Notes under the pieces: generated by a model
Told to the model about the DNA's origin: nothing
The model's database searches: none
The model's input: only the letters and a program-made list of their open reading frames with translations
Position numbers and translations under genes: made by a program
Source: a virus
Taxonomy: Duplodnaviria; Caudoviricetes
Strand: one strand, 5' to 3'
IMG/VR virus record: IMGVR_UViG_3300033998_000186
Coordinates: 1-52,002 of that record
Length of the DNA: 52,002 bases
Shown here: one piece after another, positions 45,325 to 52,002 of the stretch
How the letters are laid out: every line of letters begins with the position of its first letter
How positions within the stretch are numbered: the stretch's first letter is position 1

Positions 45325-48300
45325 AGGCAGGCGAGCTCTATGTTGACATGGGGCTTAACATGGGTAAATTTACCAGCGCATTGGGGGCGGCTCAAGCGGC
45401 GGCCAAGAGCACTGGCAGCATAATACGAAACGCGCTAAGCGTTACTATAGGCATGGGGGCTTTTCAAGCCATAAAAAGCGGGTTTGATAGCACTATTAAA
45501 TCTGCCATAAACTTCAATTCGATGATAGAAAACGCCTCCATCGGATTTGAAACCATGCTCGGGAGCGCGGAGGAGGCACAATCCTTTATAGAGGACATGG
45601 GGGATTTTGCCGCTACTACACCGTTTGAATATCCGGAGTTGTTAGAGACATCCCAGCGCCTTATGGCCGTTGGTTTCGCGGCGGAAGAAGTCATGCCCAC
45701 GCTTAAAGCAGTAGGCGACGCCGCCGCCGGCCTTGGAAAAAGTTCAGAGGCTATAAATCTGATGACCACTGCTTTGGGTCAAATGAAACTGGCCGGACGT
45801 GTCAACGCGCAAGACATGATGCAGTTGACAAGCCAAGGCATTCCGGCATGGCAGATATTGGCCGATGCTGCTGGAAAGACCACTGCCGAAATCCGTAAAA
45901 TGTCGGAGCAGGGGTTAATTCCGGCTGATTGGGCTGTTCAGGAACTCATAAAAGGCATGGAACGAAACTTCCCAGACATGATGAAGAAAATGGAAAATAC
46001 GTGGCAAGGGAACATATCCACCATAAAAGATACGTGGACACAGATGCTGGGAGCCATGACGAACGACCTATTCACATCCATAAATGGGTGGCTAACAGGC
46101 GTTAAAAACTTTGCCGTAGAATTTTATAACATTTATAAAGAGCAAGGACTGGAGCAAGCCGTCTCGCAAATGATAAGCCCGGAATTTGCTAACACGATGA
46201 CGCAAGTAACAGATGCGTTAAAAGCCTTTGGCAATGCTATCCAGTCTGTAATAGATTTTGTAAAAACTAATTGGAATATTTTTGAGCCGCTGCTAAAGGT
46301 TGTTGTGTTTTTAGTGATGGCCATTCAACTGGCAACTAAAGTAATTATACCACTAATTGGAATTGTTATGAAAGTTGTGGAATGGGTTAAGAATTTAATA
46401 TTTGCCTTCCAAGCCGTAGCAGGCGGAGCGGCCACATTTGCCGAAGCGTTAGGACTTATCAGCAATCCTGCGGGCTGGGTTGTCGCGGCTATAGTTGCTA
46501 TTATAGGTGTAGTAACCTTGTTAATCAAATATTGGGAATATGTTAAAACGGCAGGAGTAGCAGCATGGCAATATATAAGCGCCGGAGCTATGCGAACAGC
46601 CGGTGTTATAGCGGCCGTTGTAGGCTATATCGTCAAAGCCGTATCTTTTTTAATTCCGGCATGGCGCGGCGCGGCCGATAGCATATTAGCAACCGGAAAA
46701 AGCTGGATAGATGCAGCAGACGCGCAATTGCAGCTAGCAAATACAACTGTGCGGAGCTTGGCCTATATTGGACGCAATAACAAGGCACAAAAGGAGCTCA
46801 CGGACACGCTAGATAACAACGCTAAAGTTACAAAGAGCGTCGCGGCCACGTCCATTGACGCGGCGAACGGCCAGCAAAAACTGGCGAAAGCGGCTAAAAC
46901 AGCACAGAAGGCCGCGCAAGGTAGCTTATTATCTTTCGATGAATTGCACACCTTGCAGCAGGAAATAGCAACCAACGTGCCAACCGGCATTGGAGAACCG
47001 GCTCCCAATTTCGGCGGAGGCGGCGCGCCAACCATAGGAGGCGGTGGCGCGCCAACGGCCAGTGTCGGAATGCCGGCGCCCGATTTTAGCAAAACCAAAA
47101 AAGACACAGGCGGATTTATTAATTGGCTCAAAAAGACATGGAAATCCTTCACCAACTGGGCTGGAAAGCTTTGGGATACCGTTAAAAAGTCATGGAATGA
47201 TTTCTGGGATTGGGTAGAACGTACGTACACATGGGAGAACGTTAAAAAGGTATGGAATGATTTTTGGGCTTGGGTAGGCCGCACATTTACATGGGAAAAT
47301 ATTAAAAAAACATGGGGCAATTTCAAAAATTGGGCTGGTGATTTTTGGGATACAACGAGAGAGCATTGGCACACATTCTGGGGCTGGGTTAATACCTTCT
47401 TAAAATGGAGTGGCATAAAAAAGAAATGGGCAGATTTCAAAATCTGGGCTGGAAAGCTATGGGATACCGTAGAAACAAAATGGGACGACTTTTGGGGCTG
47501 GGTTGGAAAAACCTTCAGTTGGGCAAACATCAGAAAGCAATGGGCGGATTTCAAAACCTGGGCAGGTAACTTATGGCCGCAAAGTAAATGGAGCAATTTC
47601 TGGTCTTGGGTAGGCCGAACCTTTAGCTGGTCTAATATACAGACTCAATGGAAAAAATTCCAAGGTTGGATTGGTAACTTTTGGCCGCAAGGGGGCTGGA
47701 GCAATTTCTGGTCTTGGGTAGGCCGTACGTTTACATGGAAGAATATTCAAGCCCAATGGAAAAACTTCCAAGGTTGGATTGGTAGTTTCTGGCCGCAAAG
47801 TAAATGGAGTGCTTTCTGGTCTTGGGTAGGCCGTACGTTTACATGGAAGAATATTCAAGCCCAATGGAAAAACTTCCAAGGTTGGGTAACCAATTTATGG
47901 AACGGCGTCGGGGCGACATGGAATAAAGTATGGAAAGGGATAGCAAACACGGTTATCCGATTTGTAAACGGCATAATAGATGCTATAAATAAAATGATTA
48001 GCGCCATAAATAGCATTAGCATAACAATTCCCAGCGGTGTGCCGTGGGTAGGCAGTCGACATATTGGATTTAATTTGCGCACCATCGGCCACGTGCCGTA
48101 TTTGGCCAAGGGCGGTATTGTTACCGCGCCAACGCTGGCCGTGCTGGGAGAAGCTGGAACAGAGGCCGTTGTGCCGCTGTCCAAGAATAACGAGTTTACC
48201 GAAGGCATACAAGACGCAGTATATAATGCCTTACGCGAGGCCATGAATACGAACGCGGGGCAACCAATAGAATTAACTGTAAATATTGGAAGCTCGACGG

Positions 48301-48371
48301 TTTATAAAGATATTATAAACGGAATAAATGCCGTCCAGCGGCAGGCTGGAAAAACGTTAATAACGGTGTAG
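45321..48371 (+). CDS. Tape measure protein with Trp-rich repeats
   Basis: FAATTPFE, ALGQM...G domain; W-periodic repeats; LAKGGIV..PTLA..GEAG.EAVVPL; ATG 45321 after AAGGAGG. Confidence 0.92.
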   Translation: MKAGELYVDMGLNMGKFTSALGAAQAAAKSTGSIIRNALSVTIGMGAFQAIKSGFDSTIKSAINFNSMIENASIGFETMLGSAEEAQSFIEDMGDFAATTPFEYPELLETSQRLMAVGFAAEEVMPTLKAVGDAAAGLGKSSEAINLMTTALGQMKLAGRVNAQDMMQLTSQGIPAWQILADAAGKTTAEIRKMSEQGLIPADWAVQELIKGMERNFPDMMKKMENTWQGNISTIKDTWTQMLGAMTNDLFTSINGWLTGVKNFAVEFYNIYKEQGLEQAVSQMISPEFANTMTQVTDALKAFGNAIQSVIDFVKTNWNIFEPLLKVVVFLVMAIQLATKVIIPLIGIVMKVVEWVKNLIFAFQAVAGGAATFAEALGLISNPAGWVVAAIVAIIGVVTLLIKYWEYVKTAGVAAWQYISAGAMRTAGVIAAVVGYIVKAVSFLIPAWRGAADSILATGKSWIDAADAQLQLANTTVRSLAYIGRNNKAQKELTDTLDNNAKVTKSVAATSIDAANGQQKLAKAAKTAQKAAQGSLLSFDELHTLQQEIATNVPTGIGEPAPNFGGGGAPTIGGGGAPTASVGMPAPDFSKTKKDTGGFINWLKKTWKSFTNWAGKLWDTVKKSWNDFWDWVERTYTWENVKKVWNDFWAWVGRTFTWENIKKTWGNFKNWAGDFWDTTREHWHTFWGWVNTFLKWSGIKKKWADFKIWAGKLWDTVETKWDDFWGWVGKTFSWANIRKQWADFKTWAGNLWPQSKWSNFWSWVGRTFSWSNIQTQWKKFQGWIGNFWPQGGWSNFWSWVGRTFTWKNIQAQWKNFQGWIGSFWPQSKWSAFWSWVGRTFTWKNIQAQWKNFQGWVTNLWNGVGATWNKVWKGIANTVIRFVNGIIDAINKMISAINSISITIPSGVPWVGSRHIGFNLRTIGHVPYLAKGGIVTAPTLAVLGEAGTEAVVPLSKNNEFTEGIQDAVYNALREAMNTNAGQPIELTVNIGSSTVYKDIINGINAVQRQAGKTLITV
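47574..47897 (+). repeat. Three tandem 108-bp repeats inside the TMP
   Basis: tggccgcaa recurs at 47574, 47682 and 47790; 36-aa unit WPQ..WS.FWSWVGRTF.W.NIQ.QWK.FQGW. Confidence 0.9.
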
Positions 48372-48381
48372 AGGTGATAAA

Positions 48382-48741
48382 ATGGCAGTAATATTAATAG
48401 ATGGCGTGGCCGTTAAATCTCCTAAAGTTTTACGAGTTGATTTATACGACGTAGATGCGGAAGCGTATAGGAATACATTAGGTGGTACTATACGCGACCG
48501 CGTCGCGGTAAAACGAAAACTGAACTGCGAATGGGCGCCATTAACCATGGCAGAGATTTCCCAGATACTAAAGGCCGCGCAAGAGGAATTTTGCTCAGTA
48601 ACATATCCGGATCCATTCGAGGGCGCGGTGTTAACAAAGACCTTCTATGCCGGGGACAGGTCGGCACCTATATATTGGAAAAACCCAGAAACCGGCGAAT
48701 ATTTGTGGGAAGGCCTAAAGATGGCCTTCATTGAGAGGTAG
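48382..48741 (+). CDS. Distal tail protein
   Basis: After TMP; RN..G..IRDRVA.KRKL..EW, V.YPDP, FY.GDR. Confidence 0.75.
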   Translation: MAVILIDGVAVKSPKVLRVDLYDVDAEAYRNTLGGTIRDRVAVKRKLNCEWAPLTMAEISQILKAAQEEFCSVTYPDPFEGAVLTKTFYAGDRSAPIYWKNPETGEYLWEGLKMAFIER

Positions 48742-48748
48742 GGAAAAA

Positions 48749-51700
48749 ATGTATCCAGTAACAACGGACTATTTGAACGCGATTGGGAGCTATAGCCGCC
48801 GATTTCGATGCGCCGTTACAATACGCGATACTACATTCACTGACGAAAATATAGCAGAAATCATATTGGATGAAACTGTAAACCCAGACGAAAGCTTTAT
48901 GCTGGGATGCGCTACCAGCGCAAAACTAACATTAACCATGCTAGATTTGCCGAGCACGTTAATATTAGAAAACGCGCCGGTAACCATCCAGCTGGGATTA
49001 TTAGTAAACGACGCATACGTTGATATTCCGTTCGGCTCCTATGTTGTGGAAACCGTGGAAAAAGATAAGCGGTCGGTAAAACTTACATGCTATGACAATA
49101 TGATTAAGTTCGAACAGCCGTATTTTTCTAACCTCGACTATCCGGCGGCGTTAAGCACGGTGGTAAATGAGATTTGCACGAAAGCAGGCGTAACCTTAGC
49201 GACCTCGGTGCCGAGCGATACCATCGAAGAAATAAGCGGCTATACTTTGCGCGAAGCCATCGGCTTTATAGCGAGCTATTTAGGCGGCTTTGCCAGAATT
49301 AACCGAGCCGGCGAGCTGGAAATAACTAGTTATTATCAAACCGGCGTAACAGTAGGGCAAGCGAACTATGTCACGCTAAAAATCGCCGAGGCGCCTTTTA
49401 CCATCGGCCGTTTGGCTTGCATTACCGGCGTGGACGCGGACGGTAACAATATTGTATTAACCTCCGGGACGAGCGGCAACGAGGTGGTTTTTGAAAATCC
49501 TATCATGACGCAAGACCGGCTGGACACGTTATTATATACGTTAAGCAGTATTGAATATTTACCATACGACATGAGCTGGCAAGGAAATCCAGCGCTCATG
49601 GCCGGCGACCGAATTCTTTTAGTGGATAAAAATGGAATAGCGCACGATACACTAATAATGGAGCAACAACTGAAGTACACCGGCGGGCTATCCGGAACTG
49701 CTAAGGCCAAAGGCGCAACGCAAACGGCGCAGGATTACCAATCCACGGGCTCCATAACCTCGCGCGTTAACCGATACGTAGCTGAGCAAGCACAAATAAA
49801 AACACTGTTGGCAGATAAAGCCTCGATAAACGATTTACAAGCCGTTAATGCAAAAATCGACAACTTAGTCGTAGATGAAGCGCGAATAGCAGACGCCTCT
49901 ATTACCACGGCAAAAATACGTGACGGCGCAATCACCAACGCCAAGATTGAGGACGCCACTATAACAGGCGCTAAAATAGCAACCGCTACTATTGACACGG
50001 CCAACATTACGGACGGCGCAATTACTAACGCCAAGATAGAAAATGCAGCTGTTGATAATGCTAAGATAGCCGTTGCGGCTATTAACACCGCTAATATTAT
50101 AGATGGCGCGATTACTAATGCTAAAATAGCTAACGCTACAATAGACAACGCTAAGATAGCGGACGCGGCAATAAGCACTGCTAAAATACAAACCGGTGCA
50201 ATAACAACAGCATTAATAGAGACCGGTGCAGTAGGCACGGCACAGATAGCCGATGGTAGTATTACCGATGCCAAAATTGTATCGTTAACAGCGAATAAAA
50301 TAAGCGCGGGCACGATAGACACGGGGCAAGTAACTGTTCAGGGAACGAACGGCAAATTAAAAATAGCAAATAACCGCTTGCAAGTTTTTGACAGCCAGAC
50401 AACACCGGTCGAACGTGTCTCCTTGGGAGATATTAACAATGATGGCACGGTATACGGGCTGCGAGTACGCGGCGCGGACGGTACAACTATACTCTATGAC
50501 CAAAACGGCGTATATAACGCAGGTATCACAGATGGGGCAATAACTAATCCAAAAATTGGAACTGATGCAGTCGACAGCCGCGTTATAGCGGCCAACGCAG
50601 TAACGGCCGACACTATCGTGGCCGGCGCCGTCACAACGGATAAGCTGGCGGCTAACGCAGTAACTGCGAATAAAATAGCGGTAGGAGCTATCACAGCAGG
50701 CAGCGCGATAATAGTAGATGGCGCGATAACCACTGCCAAAATTGCAGATGCAGCAATAACCAACGCAAAGATTGCGAACGCGTCAATAGACGCGGCGAAG
50801 ATAATAGACGGCTCTATAACCAACGCGGAAATAGCAAATGCGACTATTACGGGGGCTAAGATAGCCGCGGCCACTATAGACACCGCGAATATTAAAGATG
50901 CGGCTATTACTAACACAAAGATAGCAAATCTTGACGCAGGAAAGATAACAACGGGAATATTAAGCGCGGATAGAATAGCGGCGGGTAGTATAACCGGCGA
51001 TAAAATAGCAGCGCACGCTATAACCGTCGATGAATTATCGGTATTGGTACCCGATAGGAATTTGATACCGGATAGCCAAGGCGCTTTTAATACATGGCGT
51101 AAATATTCTGGATATGGTGCCGTATCATGTGGTAATATGTTTGGGCATGAATATTTGCCGGATACAACATATAGCAATTATTATATTCATGTCGAATTTG
51201 GCAGCATAAACAGCTGCTATTGCATACTTAAAAACCAAGAGTATACATGGGAGCGGCAAATTGAAGTCGAGCCGAACACCAAGTATTATTTTTCAGCAAT
51301 GGTCGCGATGGTATCGTATCAAAACGATTATGATGGATTGTATGTATATAACAATGCTAATGCTATAATAGTTTATGATTTCGATAATATCGCAATTCAG
51401 ACTATAGCATTGCCTAATACCGGTATATCGCAATATACAAATCCAGCGGTTGACGAGGTTATATTTCATACTATCGAGCAAGTATTCACTACACCGGCAA
51501 ACGCTCACCATATTAGGATTAGAGTTGGCGGAATTTTAACTGGTGGCAGCGGACAGACTAAAGATGTAGTCTTTGATATATCACGTATAAACCTTGTCAA
51601 AGGCGGATTGACGCACGCTTATAAACCCGCACCGAATGAGTTAACGTTTGGGCAGGCTTATTATATGAAACCTGCTCTTAATCTAGACAATATATTAAAT

Positions 51701-52002
51701 GCAAGCGGTATAAATGTAACCGGCAATATAACCACCAGCACGTTAACGAGCAATAGCATAACAACCGGCACGTTGTCAAGCAATACAGTTAATACCGACC
51801 GACTGCAAGGTAAAACCAGTAGTGAGGTCATTTATATTGGTACTGGTACTTGCCATTTTAATGTGACCGATGGTTTTTTTAAAATAAAATCATCGTCGAA
51901 CAATTATATTGTTGTGACTCCAACAGGTCGAGTTGCAATATATGTCGGCGGAGTTGCCAAACATGTATTCATGGAAGATGGTACAAAAAGAGGAGGCAGC
52001 AT
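48749..52002 (+). CDS. Large tail spike/fibre protein (runs off window end; absent from the ORF track)
   Basis: Manual translation MYPVTTDYLNAI...LTCYDNMIKF...WQGNPAL.AGD; decapeptide I.NAKIA..A repeats; same frame still open at the end (...HVFMEDGTKRGGS). Confidence 0.85.
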   Translation, partial: MYPVTTDYLNAIGSYSRRFRCAVTIRDTTFTDENIAEIILDETVNPDESFMLGCATSAKLTLTMLDLPSTLILENAPVTIQLGLLVNDAYVDIPFGSYVVETVEKDKRSVKLTCYDNMIKFEQPYFSNLDYPAALSTVVNEICTKAGVTLATSVPSDTIEEISGYTLREAIGFIASYLGGFARINRAGELEITSYYQTGVTVGQANYVTLKIAEAPFTIGRLACITGVDADGNNIVLTSGTSGNEVVFENPIMTQDRLDTLLYTLSSIEYLPYDMSWQGNPALMAGDRILLVDKNGIAHDTLIMEQQLKYTGGLSGTAKAKGATQTAQDYQSTGSITSRVNRYVAEQAQIKTLLADKASINDLQAVNAKIDNLVVDEARIADASITTAKIRDGAITNAKIEDATITGAKIATATIDTANITDGAITNAKIENAAVDNAKIAVAAINTANIIDGAITNAKIANATIDNAKIADAAISTAKIQTGAITTALIETGAVGTAQIADGSITDAKIVSLTANKISAGTIDTGQVTVQGTNGKLKIANNRLQVFDSQTTPVERVSLGDINNDGTVYGLRVRGADGTTILYDQNGVYNAGITDGAITNPKIGTDAVDSRVIAANAVTADTIVAGAVTTDKLAANAVTANKIAVGAITAGSAIIVDGAITTAKIADAAITNAKIANASIDAAKIIDGSITNAEIANATITGAKIAAATIDTANIKDAAITNTKIANLDAGKITTGILSADRIAAGSITGDKIAAHAITVDELSVLVPDRNLIPDSQGAFNTWRKYSGYGAVSCGNMFGHEYLPDTTYSNYYIHVEFGSINSCYCILKNQEYTWERQIEVEPNTKYYFSAMVAMVSYQNDYDGLYVYNNANAIIVYDFDNIAIQTIALPNTGISQYTNPAVDEVIFHTIEQVFTTPANAHHIRIRVGGILTGGSGQTKDVVFDISRINLVKGGLTHAYKPAPNELTFGQAYYMKPALNLDNILNASGINVTGNITTSTLTSNSITTGTLSSNTVNTDRLQGKTSSEVIYIGTGTCHFNVTDGFFKIKSSSNNYIVVTPTGRVAIYVGGVAKHVFMEDGTKRGGS

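Noticed and set aside
47574-47897. TMP repeats as a second VR/TR pair
   Set aside because: They are in-frame tandem coding repeats and the differences are not restricted to adenines
48790-51511. Minus-strand ORFs (e.g. 49735-50322, 50494-51177) and the other antisense ORFs in the track
   Set aside because: They are shadows of + strand genes, here of the repetitive tail protein; no RBS or recognisable motifs
1-52002. Integrase/att sites, tRNA or rRNA genes, intact reverse transcriptase, Avd
   Set aside because: None recognisable by eye in the ORF set or intergenic regions; tRNAscan-SE and HMM searches would be needed to exclude them formally

Overview
The whole window is tailed-phage DNA from a Firmicutes/Clostridia-type host (host inferred from gene content and AGGAGG ribosome-binding sites), with all real genes on the + strand. 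It holds two different virion modules in tandem. (1) 1-~20.1 kb: PBSX/phiCD119-like contractile-tail morphogenesis operon (terS end, terL, portal, MuF, GP20 scaffold, capsid, XkdK/M/N/P/Q/R/S/T/U-like tail, tail fibre) followed by a lysis cassette. (2) ~20.3-52 kb: a second phage with early genes, an APSE/SPO2-like replication module (DUF2800, DUF2815 SSB, PolA, ThyX-like, dUTPase, dCMP deaminase, Prim-Pol, D5 helicase, VRR-NUC, SNF2), then packaging, head and non-contractile tail genes running off the end. No integrase or repressor is recognisable. Main signals: (a) a diversity-generating retroelement on the first tail fibre (VR 17784-17921, TR 17973-18110, 28 mismatches, all at TR adenines) whose reverse transcriptase appears deleted down to a 39-codon C-terminal stub; (b) a 191-bp unit (164-bp hairpin plus 27-bp spacer) present as two circularly permuted, oppositely oriented copies, related to the putative origin behind the primase-helicase, with one copy splitting a head-module gene; (c) repeated leader/promoter cassettes in the early region; (d) a minor capsid protein with a HEYGH metallopeptidase-like extension. 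All alignments and counts were done by eye and family names come from motif recognition, not database searches.
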